A program made the position numbers and the translations under genes. A stretch of 64,000 nt of DNA from a virus (Duplodnaviria > Caudoviricetes), in the IMG/VR virus record IMGVR_UViG_3300037454_000334, positions 1-64,000 of that record. One strand, given 5' to 3'. Positions 47,070-57,846 of this stretch are shown here, piece after piece (the first letter of the stretch is position 1; each line of letters begins with the position of its first letter). Below the pieces are notes generated by a model, which worked only from the letters and a program-made list of their open reading frames with translations, searched no databases and had not been told where the DNA came from.

Positions 47070-47582
47070 TCAATGCACCGCATCGGCAGCAACCATGGTT
47101 ATATAACAGATAGCTTCCGCCAACAGGCAGATACCGAAATTAATACGGACAAGAAAATACTTCATACTCTTACTCCTCCAACTAACGACAAGAAACAATG
47201 AAGCTGTCAGCCACAATAGACACCACCATAAACAGGCAACGAAGACACATACCTGTGACATCAGTCCAGCGGCAAATGCCCCAACATAATGCCACCGGCG
47301 AGTCTCTGACTGGAATAATGGCCACGCACCGACGAACACAATGCAGACCACGGTTATAAAACCCAAATAGCCACAGCCCTTTTTATCCAAAATCTCAATC
47401 ATTGGGGCGGTAGTGAAAATACCCACAAACCACAGCCAAAACGTCCACAACCACCGCCAGCCGCCTTTAGGCAGCACATAAACCATTGCGGAGATGCTAT
47501 CAGGAAGACCTTTCAGCTTCCAAATAGTGGCGCCCATATAGGACACCACTAAAAGGATTGAGAGTATTATTACAGTCATCAT
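47070..47582 (-). CDS. multi-pass membrane protein
   Basis: Five to six hydrophobic segments; GLPDSISA motif. Confidence 0.7.
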   Translation of the reverse strand: MMTVIILSILLVVSYMGATIWKLKGLPDSISAMVYVLPKGGWRWLWTFWLWFVGIFTTAPMIEILDKKGCGYLGFITVVCIVFVGAWPLFQSETRRWHYVGAFAAGLMSQVCVFVACLWWCLLWLTASLFLVVSWRSKSMKYFLVRINFGICLLAEAICYITMVAADAVH

Positions 47583-47587
47583 TGAGA

Positions 47588-48142
47588 CTACTTCTCTGCA
47601 TTAGATGCCTGTGCAGGCTGAGGAAAAAGTTCCTCGTATGGCTCCCATTCGATAGAATCCTTACGAGCCCATCCGTCAGACAGCGTTTGGTTAATATAGG
47701 CAACAGCCTTGATATAGAAGTCGTCAGCATCCTCCATTGTCTCAAAAGTATGATACACTGGCAAACCATCCTCTGTTTCACCCATCTTGAATGTAACAGG
47801 TAACGTGGCGCCATTCTTTTGTACAGCCAGGTCATAGGCTGATTTGAAGTTAAACTGATTCTCAGTAGAGAGCCATACAGGAATAACCTCTTCAGAACCG
47901 ACAGGCGACCACGTAAATCCTGAAATAATAATCTCATCAGTCTGCGCATTGATGTCACCAAAAATTGCGTCCTTTACCATCTGCAGCGTCAACTGAGAAC
48001 ACTGTGTCTTGGGAATATAGATTTCATACCACTCATACAGGTTCTTTCCTGCAACCTTCTTTAGATCGTAACCGATGACGATGCGCGAATTTTCTTCGCG
48101 AACGAGCGAGAAGTCGCTCTTTTTTCCACTCATTTTGTTCAT
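47588..48142 (-). CDS. DUF4376-like tail-associated protein
   Basis: VWLSTENQFNFKSAYDLAVQ..GATLPVTFKMG...GWARKDSI. Confidence 0.7.
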   Translation of the reverse strand: MNKMSGKKSDFSLVREENSRIVIGYDLKKVAGKNLYEWYEIYIPKTQCSQLTLQMVKDAIFGDINAQTDEIIISGFTWSPVGSEEVIPVWLSTENQFNFKSAYDLAVQKNGATLPVTFKMGETEDGLPVYHTFETMEDADDFYIKAVAYINQTLSDGWARKDSIEWEPYEELFPQPAQASNAEK

Positions 48143-49409
48143 AATCCTGTTGTTTTAATAAATTAATAAAATATTGATGTCGTTCTGTAATCTTTGTCAT
48201 ATCCTCACTGAACACACCGAGCCGCATAAACTCTGCTCGAAAGAAAAGTTCTCGGCGAAGGCGGAAAGAAGCCGTATGAGAGAATATACCGAGATAGGAG
48301 CTGATAGTACGCAGCATCTTGTCGGCGGTAGTTTTGCCTCCTGCCAGACTGTTTGTTGGACGAGACATTGAAAGCCACTTTGGACGCAGTGACGGATGTG
48401 TCAGATAGAAGATGTTTCTTCTGATGCGCCGCAAAGTGTGATTCGATACATAAGTGCGCCATGGCTTGATAAAAGCACCGAGGAATTCTACACCATGATG
48501 TACCTCGCTGACTTCGAGTTTGCCCATGTGTAGTTCCAAACCAAGTTCCTGAAACAGGAATGATCTGATCCGAGTCACGAGCGACAACAACCACTCCTTG
48601 TTGGCACTGATGACTACCGAATCGTCTACATAACGTCCGTAGTTCTTGCATTTCAGTACTCGCTTCATAAACTGGTCGAAGATATTGAGATAGACGTTCG
48701 AGAAAAGCTGTGAGGTCAGATTGCCAATTGGAAGCCCGAGCCCGTCCTCTGTCTTCAGCAGGCTCTTGGCAGGATCTAGATCTACCCATCCCTCCAGCGA
48801 ACCGACAATAACACAGTTCTCCTTTGGATTCAACAGTGCAATCTCCGCTGTGAGCCAACATAAAAAGTCGATGTCTAGTCTGTCTGACCATCTCTCGATA
48901 GAGTGTCTGCATATACGATGCATAGCCATCTTCCTGAGCGAAGCGGTTGCTATCTCCAACAATTTTTTCCTGACGATGTGCATAAAGTAACCTCGGATAT
49001 CCAGGTGCATCGCATAACAAGGACACTGCCAGTTTCTCGACTCGCGGCGCAACATATCCGTTACCCGATTTATACCATAATGAGTACCGCGTCCAGGCAC
49101 ACAACTGTAGGAGTCCTGAATAAATGTACGCTCGTAGAGCTCGTGCGTGTAGTTGTAATAAAGGTGATGAACGATGCGGTCGCGAAACATAGCAGCAAAT
49201 ATTTCGCGCTTCTTCGGATATTCCACAATAAAGCACTTCGATGGCTGAGCCACATAACGACGACTGATGAGGTCGTCGCATAATTGCTCCATGTTCGTCT
49301 TTAAGTCGGACTCCCACTTCACGACATACGACATCATACCCTTGCCACGACGTGCATCGTAGTATGCAGCAAACAAATCGCGCAGAAGTTGTTGCCTTGT
49401 AAGCGTCAT
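48033..49409 (-). CDS. DGR reverse transcriptase
   Basis: KKREIFAAMFRDRIVHH, LDIRGYF, GLPIGNLTSQLFSNVYL, YGRYVDD, EFLG; TR directly upstream. Confidence 0.95.
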   Translation of the reverse strand: MTLTRQQLLRDLFAAYYDARRGKGMMSYVVKWESDLKTNMEQLCDDLISRRYVAQPSKCFIVEYPKKREIFAAMFRDRIVHHLYYNYTHELYERTFIQDSYSCVPGRGTHYGINRVTDMLRRESRNWQCPCYAMHLDIRGYFMHIVRKKLLEIATASLRKMAMHRICRHSIERWSDRLDIDFLCWLTAEIALLNPKENCVIVGSLEGWVDLDPAKSLLKTEDGLGLPIGNLTSQLFSNVYLNIFDQFMKRVLKCKNYGRYVDDSVVISANKEWLLSLVTRIRSFLFQELGLELHMGKLEVSEVHHGVEFLGAFIKPWRTYVSNHTLRRIRRNIFYLTHPSLRPKWLSMSRPTNSLAGGKTTADKMLRTISSYLGIFSHTASFRLRRELFFRAEFMRLGVFSEDMTKITERHQYFINLLKQQDYEQNEWKKERLLARSRRKFAHRHRLRSKEGCRKEPV

Positions 49410-49434
49410 CTTTCATCACCGACATTATAAAAAA

Positions 49435-49802
49435 TTAAGAAAGAAAAGGAGCTTGTCCAGAAAGGAGTGCTGAACCGCGCGGACCGAGAAGCCGTTGAAC
49501 CGATTGTTGTTGTTCTGCGGGTTGACACCACCAGAGTTGAAGTTCAAGTTCCGACCATTCGTGGCGGAGTTGAGCGAAGCAGCCCAGTAGTTGCCGTTCG
49601 AGCCGCGGTTGTTCCAAGACGTGCCATTGCCGTTGCCTGAGCACGGAAAAATGGCACAAGCGATCGTCACCTGATACGACGTTCCGAAGGGGTTGTACAA
49701 GACAAGACCATCGGAGGTCTTTGATTTTTCCTGCGGCTCGGAGCCACAAGACGGACGACCTATGAACTACGTGTCTGAACCGCATCCTTTTCTTTTCCTT
49801 AT
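49435..49802 (-). ncRNA. predicted DGR RNA (leader, TR and spacer) closed by a terminal stem
   Basis: 5' AAAGAAAAGGA pairs with 3' UCCUUUUCUUU; internal hairpins. Confidence 0.6.
49470..49651 (-). repeat. DGR template repeat (TR), 182 bp
   Basis: Ungapped match to 50540-50721 with 17 mismatches, 16 at TR adenines; AAC-rich. Confidence 0.97.
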
Positions 49803-49806
49803 TATA

Positions 49807-50409
49807 TTAGAACAATGCGGAGCACTGCCGTTTGAGTATTCGCAGCACTTTCAAAGCCTCATTGGGCGTAATGTCCTCTACAGGTAATGCCACTATCTGC
49901 GCTAGGATATCGCTCATACGCATCGGTTGATTCTTTGTTCCCGTCAGCGGAAGCAAATCATCCGCAGGGATGTCCTTGCCTGTCGGTTGCTTGTCATCAC
50001 CTTTTATAGGAAACTGTTTCTTCCATTCAGAGAACTGCTGTATGAGAGAATCATAACTCATCTCGCCAAGCGATGGCGGAAGTTCAATGGCAACATCAAT
50101 TAAGGTGTCGCTAACAGGCTTGAAACTAATCTGGTTATCATTGGGTATGAACTTTGCAAGCGACGTGACAGGGAAACCGACAAAGATGATGGTGCCGCTC
50201 GAAGACTTTACCTCCTTATGCACGGGCTTCAGACGATGGGAACTCGTCTGTGCTATCTGATCATCGGTAACAGCAAACTCACGACAAAGCCATGCGCTCC
50301 ATTCGTAGGCTTTATAGGTATTCCCCTCACGAAACAAATGAATAACATTCCAATGCTCTGTACCCTCACGCTGTTTCTCGACCTCAAAGATTTCCTTATA
50401 TGATGCCAT
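49807..50409 (-). CDS. DGR accessory protein, MutS domain I-like (MSL class)
   Basis: IHLFREGNTYKAYEWSAWL...FVGFP resembles the MutS N-terminal mismatch-binding domain; sits between VR and TR. Confidence 0.75.
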   Translation of the reverse strand: MASYKEIFEVEKQREGTEHWNVIHLFREGNTYKAYEWSAWLCREFAVTDDQIAQTSSHRLKPVHKEVKSSSGTIIFVGFPVTSLAKFIPNDNQISFKPVSDTLIDVAIELPPSLGEMSYDSLIQQFSEWKKQFPIKGDDKQPTGKDIPADDLLPLTGTKNQPMRMSDILAQIVALPVEDITPNEALKVLRILKRQCSALF

Positions 50410-50467
50410 AACAAATTCTATTTATTGATATTTGCCTTTGAATCATCATTCCCGCTGTCTCTGCGCT

Positions 50468-50484
50468 CGCCGCTTGGAGCGGCG
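50468..50484. other. GC hairpin downstream of VR (DGR target-recognition element)
   Basis: CGCCGCT-TGG-AGCGGCG inside a longer imperfect palindrome at about 50443-50509. Confidence 0.7.
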
Positions 50485-50536
50485 GCTACAGAGCCTGCGT
50501 GAACGATGATATTGGTAACTTCTTGGTGACACGTAG

Positions 50537-51715
50537 TTACTGAACCGCGCGGACCGAGAAGCCGTAGAACCGATTGCCGTTGTACTGCGGGTAGACACCA
50601 CCAGAGCGGAAGAGCAAGTACCGACCATTCGTGGCGGAGTAGAGCGCAGCAGCCCAGTAGCTGCCGCGCGAGCCGCGGTTGTTCCAAGACGTGCCATCGC
50701 CGTCGCCTGAGCACGGAAAAAAGAGTTTCTTTCCGTTAATCTTAGACTTCAAATAGATACCCACTATACTATTAACTGTCACGAGCTTGTTGGCAGTCGA
50801 TGTCGGAATGGTTGTCGTACCGTCAGCCTGCAGATACTCTATGTTATTGAAAAGCTCAGCATATTCATCGGTGGTAGGCATGCGCCATGGCGCACCAAGA
50901 TTGGCACGGGCGGCATCCATAGACGGTGGAATATTACCAGTGAGAGCTGCTCCTGGTGTTGATGCGTAAGGGCCGTCGTTACTGCTTCCCCAGTCGTAGG
51001 TGAACGACGATGCGTTGGCAGGGTTATGACCTTCTGTGTTACCCCATGAGAAGAACGTACACTCATACTGGTACTCTGATGCGGCAAAACCATTTGCCTG
51101 TGTCACGTCGATATTCTTCTTAGCCCACTTCAAGCCACTAGGCAGACCCATGTCAACCCAAAGCTCACTATCATCGTCACTCTGCTCCAGTCCGCCCATA
51201 CAGATGACGTTATAGTTCGTACCGTCATAGACAAAGGTCACGGTGGTACGTGGACGAATAACACCTGGCTGTATTGCTGAACCATTGATAACAATCGGCT
51301 TTGCGCCTTGGGCATTGATATTAAGCGTAGCTCCAGCTATGTTCACACCATTCTGGAAGAATACGCTAACGGGTACGTTCTTCAGTAGAATATAATGAGC
51401 CAGCGTAACTGTCTTCGCAGCGGTTGTAGCTGCCGTTGAACAAGAGCCGAGGCCACTTCCCGCATAAGCCATGTCGCTCGTGATGTTGTCAATCTTTGTT
51501 CCCTGTGCGGCAGTGGCGAAGTCGCTCGGCTTCTTTCCGCTGTCTGTAGGATTACCATTTCCATCCAATCCAGCGAAATTTCCACTGGTAGGATTGTTTA
51601 CTTTGTCGGCCTTTCCTTGCGCGATAAGTGTGGTCTGCTGTGCCATCGTCTCCATGGCGGTGGCAATGCGCTGCTGCGTGGCGTCGAGATTAATTGGGGA
51701 TGTAATTTCTGACAT
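50537..51715 (-). CDS. DGR target: tail fibre/receptor-binding protein with C-terminal CLec-fold VR
   Basis: WVDMGLPSGLKWA, WRMPT..E..EL, terminal GFSVRAV; VR at 3' end. Confidence 0.9.
   Translation of the reverse strand: MSEITSPINLDATQQRIATAMETMAQQTTLIAQGKADKVNNPTSGNFAGLDGNGNPTDSGKKPSDFATAAQGTKIDNITSDMAYAGSGLGSCSTAATTAAKTVTLAHYILLKNVPVSVFFQNGVNIAGATLNINAQGAKPIVINGSAIQPGVIRPRTTVTFVYDGTNYNVICMGGLEQSDDDSELWVDMGLPSGLKWAKKNIDVTQANGFAASEYQYECTFFSWGNTEGHNPANASSFTYDWGSSNDGPYASTPGAALTGNIPPSMDAARANLGAPWRMPTTDEYAELFNNIEYLQADGTTTIPTSTANKLVTVNSIVGIYLKSKINGKKLFFPCSGDGDGTSWNNRGSRGSYWAAALYSATNGRYLLFRSGGVYPQYNGNRFYGFSVRAVQ
50540..50721 (-). repeat. DGR variable repeat (VR)
   Basis: A-to-N substituted copy of TR. 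Confidence 0.97.
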
Positions 51716-51742
51716 AATCTTGAATATTTTAGAATGTTAATA

Positions 51743-52180
51743 CTATGTCGTAGTGTATGTCTGGCAGAGTTGTCCATTGACTACCGATAAACCATAGGCA
51801 TCTACATAATCCTTCACCTTGGTTGGCACGGCTGGTGTCTTGATGTCCGATGTGGAGACTGCGCCTTCCAGTGTTGCGTTGTAGGCATTGGCCTCGGCTG
51901 TGGAGAGCGTGTCGCCGGCCTCCTTCTCTGCGCCGGTGATGGCCTCGTTATAGGCCGCAGCCTGCTCGGCGGTCAGCGGGTCGGTCGAGTTGAGTGCGCC
52001 CGTCAGCAGTGCGTTGTAGGCGTCGGCCTCCGACTGCGTGTAGTAGACGGCCTCCGACGTGTTGGGGATGCCGATCATCTCACCGGTGTATCGCTGCATG
52101 ACCTTCTCGACATGCTTCATCATGCCACCAAGGGTGACGGCATCTGTCTTCTGTTCTGGTGTAATCGAGTTCTGTGACAT
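51743..52180 (-). CDS. tail-fibre-associated protein with EA.AYN repeats
   Basis: Three AYNA-like repeats; own late promoter. Confidence 0.7.
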   Translation of the reverse strand: MSQNSITPEQKTDAVTLGGMMKHVEKVMQRYTGEMIGIPNTSEAVYYTQSEADAYNALLTGALNSTDPLTAEQAAAYNEAITGAEKEAGDTLSTAEANAYNATLEGAVSTSDIKTPAVPTKVKDYVDAYGLSVVNGQLCQTYTTT

Positions 52181-52205
52181 AATCCTTCTGTTTTTGTTGA
52201 TACTA

Positions 52206-52239
52206 CAAAATTAAATTCGTGCCGGATTCAAAATGGGAC
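52206..52239 (-). promoter_or_regulatory. late promoter GTCCCA-N20-TAATTTTG
   Basis: Drives the DGR-target operon. Confidence 0.75.
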
Positions 52240-52243
52240 AACC

Positions 52244-52402
52244 CTACTGCGACGGGGCGACGGTGAAGACAATCTCCTCGGCAGCGGCCTCACATTCGGC
52301 ATCGCTGGCAACAGTCGTCGACGGGAACTCGGCCCGCATCTTCTGCCTGAACCGTTCAAGGCGGCGGACCGTTACATACTTCGTTGGGTTTGTTAGTGCC
52401 AT
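52244..52402 (-). CDS. 52-aa mini-protein made of two motifs shared with neighbours
   Basis: N-terminus resembles the 52478-53437 start; C-terminus resembles the 54959-55858 end. Confidence 0.65.
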   Translation of the reverse strand: MALTNPTKYVTVRRLERFRQKMRAEFPSTTVASDAECEAAAEEIVFTVAPSQ

Positions 52403-52477
52403 ATCTCTTTCGTTTTTTATGTGAATACTTAGTAACTCCGTGTGGAGTCGAACCACACGGAGCCGATGGGAAAGAGA

Positions 52478-53437
52478 TTAAGCGAAGATCTCGTCGATGT
52501 CGTTGTCGGAGCACTCCAACAGGTTGTCGAGCTTCTCCTTGTCGGTAGCCAACATCAGACCGTTGGTGCCGCCTGTGCCAGAGGTAGAGGCAGACACGTT
52601 GGGAACGGTCTTCTTGTGTACGGTGATCTCACCGTTGGTGTCCTGTGTCACGCTGTCGACGAAGGTCGTGTCGTTGCCGCTGGTGGTGGCGTCGCTGTCA
52701 GCAACAGCATCCTGCTTGATCTTGTAGTCGCTGTGCTTGTGACCAGAGTCAACGGGGTTGCCGTTGGCGTCGAAGGCGGCGAAGTTGCCCTCCACGGCGT
52801 CGGCGTCGATGGTAGCCAGGTCGGTGGCTGCGATGCCGGCGTCAACGAGGTTGCCGTTAGCGTCGAGCTTGGCGATGTTGCCAGCAGTAGCAGAAGCCAC
52901 CTTGTCAGCCTTTCCAGAGATATCCTGGTGGGCAACGAGAACGTCCTGAGAAAGACCGCTCTTCAGCTGGATGTTCTTCTTGGTGGCGTCGCCAGATACG
53001 TCCGTGATGGACATCTCGCTCTTCAAGGCATAACCGCTCAGGTCATACATACCGGCGAAGATGTCATACTTGTAGACGCCAGTCGAAGGATTGGCGATGT
53101 ACACGTTGGCACCTGCGGGGATGCTGTGGCCAGCGCCCTCCACGAAGTCGGCTGTCGTGGTGAAGGCATCGGAGATGTTATACATGAAACCGACATTGGC
53201 GGCTACGAGGTCGGTCGTAGGATCAAGACCTGCGAAAGCCTTCGTTCCCTTGGGGACGATGCTTGAAGGCAGGGCCTGGATCTTGCCGAGCAACTCAGCG
53301 AGAGCAGCCTCTACGGTTTCTGCGTTAAGACCTGTGATGGCGCTGATGGCCTGGGTCTGATACTTGGCAGCCAATTTTGTTTCAAAACGCTGCAATCTCT
53401 GTACGCTAACGTACTTTGTTGGATTTGTTAGAGCCAT
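52478..53437 (-). CDS. tail/head fibre protein
   Basis: KADKV...GNIAKLDANGN repeats; GLM...DKEKLD fibre motif. Confidence 0.75.
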   Translation of the reverse strand: MALTNPTKYVSVQRLQRFETKLAAKYQTQAISAITGLNAETVEAALAELLGKIQALPSSIVPKGTKAFAGLDPTTDLVAANVGFMYNISDAFTTTADFVEGAGHSIPAGANVYIANPSTGVYKYDIFAGMYDLSGYALKSEMSITDVSGDATKKNIQLKSGLSQDVLVAHQDISGKADKVASATAGNIAKLDANGNLVDAGIAATDLATIDADAVEGNFAAFDANGNPVDSGHKHSDYKIKQDAVADSDATTSGNDTTFVDSVTQDTNGEITVHKKTVPNVSASTSGTGGTNGLMLATDKEKLDNLLECSDNDIDEIFA

Positions 53438-53522
53438 AATGCAAAACAAATTTTAGTTAATAAATCTAGTGAACTATGCTGAGATTTCGTCTCATTCAAT
53501 TTTTGTGTCGGTGGTGCGCAGA

Positions 53523-53804
53523 TTATTTAGTCTTGCGCGGTTTTCTAGGTGGCTTCTTATTAGCGGCATTGGATGGCTTTGTCTCGACACGCATGGTGAC
53601 GAAGAGCTGACCATCACCGTCCTGCATCAGCAGCTTGGTCTGGCCCGACTCCTTGCAGTAGTCAACGAAGAACTCGGTATACATCGTCATAATCTCCTCG
53701 CCGCTGATCTTGTGCTTGTCTGCACTCAGCGAGCCATCTTTCCGCTCTCGGGCGGCATAGAAGCCGTCTTCAGTTCTGAACAATTCAATTTCCTTCTGTT
53801 TCAT
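53523..53804 (-). CDS. hypothetical protein
   Basis: Packed ORF. Confidence 0.65.
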   Translation of the reverse strand: MKQKEIELFRTEDGFYAARERKDGSLSADKHKISGEEIMTMYTEFFVDYCKESGQTKLLMQDGDGQLFVTMRVETKPSNAANKKPPRKPRKTK

Positions 53805-53818
53805 AATATCGCCTTAAT

Positions 53819-54118
53819 TTATTGTTGGTTTTTGAAGATGCTGTCGATATCGTCATCGGCGGCCTCGATGTTCGGGTCGAGGTCTTCCTGATGCACGCCG
53901 CCGTCCTTGATCTGCTCGGTATCAACGCTGTCCTTGGGGAGGACGTCGATGGTCGAGCCTTCCGGGAAGCGGATGACGAGGTGGCGCTTACCGACGATCG
54001 AGCCTACGAGCATGTTCTGCCCGTCCACCTTTTTATAGTAATAGCGCTGGTTGCCCTCCTGGATGGACTCAAGTCCCTTGAAGTCCTCGGGCAAGTAACT
54101 TGGATATTCTTTTGCCAT
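53819..54118 (-). CDS. hypothetical virion protein
   Basis: SVDTEQIKDGGV..EDL fibre-like motif; C-terminal DDDIDSIF. Confidence 0.65.
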   Translation of the reverse strand: MAKEYPSYLPEDFKGLESIQEGNQRYYYKKVDGQNMLVGSIVGKRHLVIRFPEGSTIDVLPKDSVDTEQIKDGGVHQEDLDPNIEAADDDIDSIFKNQQ

Positions 54119-54133
54119 ATTATTGATCTAAAA

Positions 54134-54889
54134 CTAATCTCCTTCTTCTTCCTGCATCTCGTCGGGGAAGCCGCCGGAGCCGCCTGTGGCGGGGTTGTCG
54201 AAGATCTCGTCGATATCCGAGTCGTCGGCCTCATTCTCGTCCTGGATGTCCTCTATCTCGTCGATCACGGTCGTATCGTCGCTGATGCCACGCATCACGT
54301 CCATCAGCTCGGGGATGGTGTTCACCTGCTCGTTGGGTTCCTTGCCTTCCATCAGCTTGAGGAACTCATCCCCCTTCATCTTCATCTTTACCTTTCCCAT
54401 ATTCTCTACGATTTCTGAAATGTCATTGCTGAACTGGATGCGGTAGCCCTCGGCGGTCAGGACGTAGTTGCCGTCACAGTCTGCAAGGTAATCCTCACCG
54501 TCGACATATACCGACCATACCTGCTCGTACTCGACAGGGCACTGCTCCGGATGGTGCTTCTGGCGACTGGTCTCCATGCAGCCCTCACGGCAGACGAACA
54601 GCTCCTGACGGTCTGTCCACACACGGCGCTGCTTGTCGTAGTCCTCGTCCTCGTAGGCCCCGATGAAGACGGCGTAGTGCGTGCCCTCCTTGACGTTCTC
54701 CATCGCGAAGTACCACCGTGCCTCTGAGTCGTAGAAGCAGTCGTCCTTCTTGATGCGGGCCACGACGCGGCCATACTGGTTCTTCACCACTATCTCGAAG
54801 TAGTCGCGGGCGAGGTTGAAGTCGTCCTTTGTCGTTGTGACACGGAACTTCAGGTCGTTGCCGGGGTTGCAGGCGGGTATCGTTGTCAT
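54134..54889 (-). CDS. hypothetical virion protein
   Basis: Acidic; DSDIDEIF motif. Confidence 0.7.
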   Translation of the reverse strand: MTTIPACNPGNDLKFRVTTTKDDFNLARDYFEIVVKNQYGRVVARIKKDDCFYDSEARWYFAMENVKEGTHYAVFIGAYEDEDYDKQRRVWTDRQELFVCREGCMETSRQKHHPEQCPVEYEQVWSVYVDGEDYLADCDGNYVLTAEGYRIQFSNDISEIVENMGKVKMKMKGDEFLKLMEGKEPNEQVNTIPELMDVMRGISDDTTVIDEIEDIQDENEADDSDIDEIFDNPATGGSGGFPDEMQEEEGD

Positions 54890-54920
54890 ATTTATGATTT
54901 TCGATTTTTGATTTCTACTC

Positions 54921-54954
54921 CAAAGTTATGATTAGGCCGATTTCAAAATGGGAC
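54921..54954 (-). promoter_or_regulatory. late promoter GTCCCA-N20-TAACTTTG
   Basis: Conserved architecture. Confidence 0.75.
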
Positions 54955-54958
54955 AACC

Positions 54959-55858
54959 TTACGACAAGGGTGCGACGGTGAAGACAATCTCCTCGGCTGC
55001 CTGCTCACAAAGCTCGTAGGAGGCGAAGGTCAACTTATCCTGTTTTTCAGCAAAAGCGTTGTAAAGCCCTCCAGACTTCACAGCGTGATCTGAGTCCTCC
55101 GTCGGCTCATCATCGAAGGCGATATGCTCCAGCACCATCTGCGCCAGGGCTTCCTTCTCAGCCTCTGTCATGCTCTCCCAGTCGAGGTCGTCGCCCTTGG
55201 CATACGGCCCCTTAGTATATTGTTCGGTCGTGATGTCGTAGGTGTACCAGTAGTTCACGTCGCCGGGATGCGCTGCCGTGCCGTCGGCTACATAGGGTGG
55301 ATGTCCGTTCCAGGCCTCGCAAAGTCCTGCGGCAGTGGTGGCACGAGATGTGGCGGCGGTAGCGTCGGCCTTCAGGTCAGCCCATTCCTTCTGAACACCA
55401 CTTCCCTCGCTCTGCTCGGTAGGAGCCTCGCCGAACCAGTGGTTCCAGATGTAACGCACACCCGTCGGCAGGAGGTCGCTGAACCAGTGATCCCAAAGGT
55501 AGCGTACACCCGTCTGCAGAACATCGCTGAACCAGTCGCTGAAGGTCTTCTGCACACCGCTGTTCGCGTCTGTACCGAACCATGTGTCGAAGTCCGTGCG
55601 AACCTGCTGGCCGACTGCGACAGCCGCACGGCCACCATCGGTCATCGCCTGCCAGTAGAGGGCGCCGTAGGTCACGTCATCCGGGGCGATGCCCGATATC
55701 TCGATGGCCCTACCCTGTGCGTCGAGAGCCTTACAAACCCATGAGTCATGGGCATAGAGTACAACATGGTTCAGCGTATAGGTCGCTGTCGGTGAATAAG
55801 GGCCGCGTGGCAGCATACCGGCCGGGCCTACATCTGATACAAATACTTGAGTTGCCAT
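54959..55858 (-). CDS. tail-associated protein
   Basis: N-terminal carbohydrate-binding-like RGPYSPTATY..NHVV; W-repeats; PTEDSDHAVKSGG. Confidence 0.7.
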   Translation of the reverse strand: MATQVFVSDVGPAGMLPRGPYSPTATYTLNHVVLYAHDSWVCKALDAQGRAIEISGIAPDDVTYGALYWQAMTDGGRAAVAVGQQVRTDFDTWFGTDANSGVQKTFSDWFSDVLQTGVRYLWDHWFSDLLPTGVRYIWNHWFGEAPTEQSEGSGVQKEWADLKADATAATSRATTAAGLCEAWNGHPPYVADGTAAHPGDVNYWYTYDITTEQYTKGPYAKGDDLDWESMTEAEKEALAQMVLEHIAFDDEPTEDSDHAVKSGGLYNAFAEKQDKLTFASYELCEQAAEEIVFTVAPLS

Positions 55859-55868
55859 ATCTGTTTTT

Positions 55869-55907
55869 ATTTACGATTTACGGATTTACGATTTACCATT
55901 TACGATT

Positions 55908-55908
<1 letters not shown>
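55869..55908. repeat. intergenic 7-bp tandem repeat (atttacg) x5
   Basis: Direct inspection. Confidence 0.8.
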
Positions 55909-57821
<1,913 letters not shown>

Positions 57822-57846
57822 AGTCTGTTGTTTTTGTTTCTGAAAG

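Noticed and set aside
48033-49409. Group II intron or retron RT
   Set aside because: The SQ-type motif and a TR/VR pair with A-specific changes identify a DGR; no maturase or endonuclease domain is evident.
49425-49785. ORFs overlapping TR (91 and 116 aa)
   Set aside because: They are open because TR mirrors the VR coding frame; TR acts as an RNA template.
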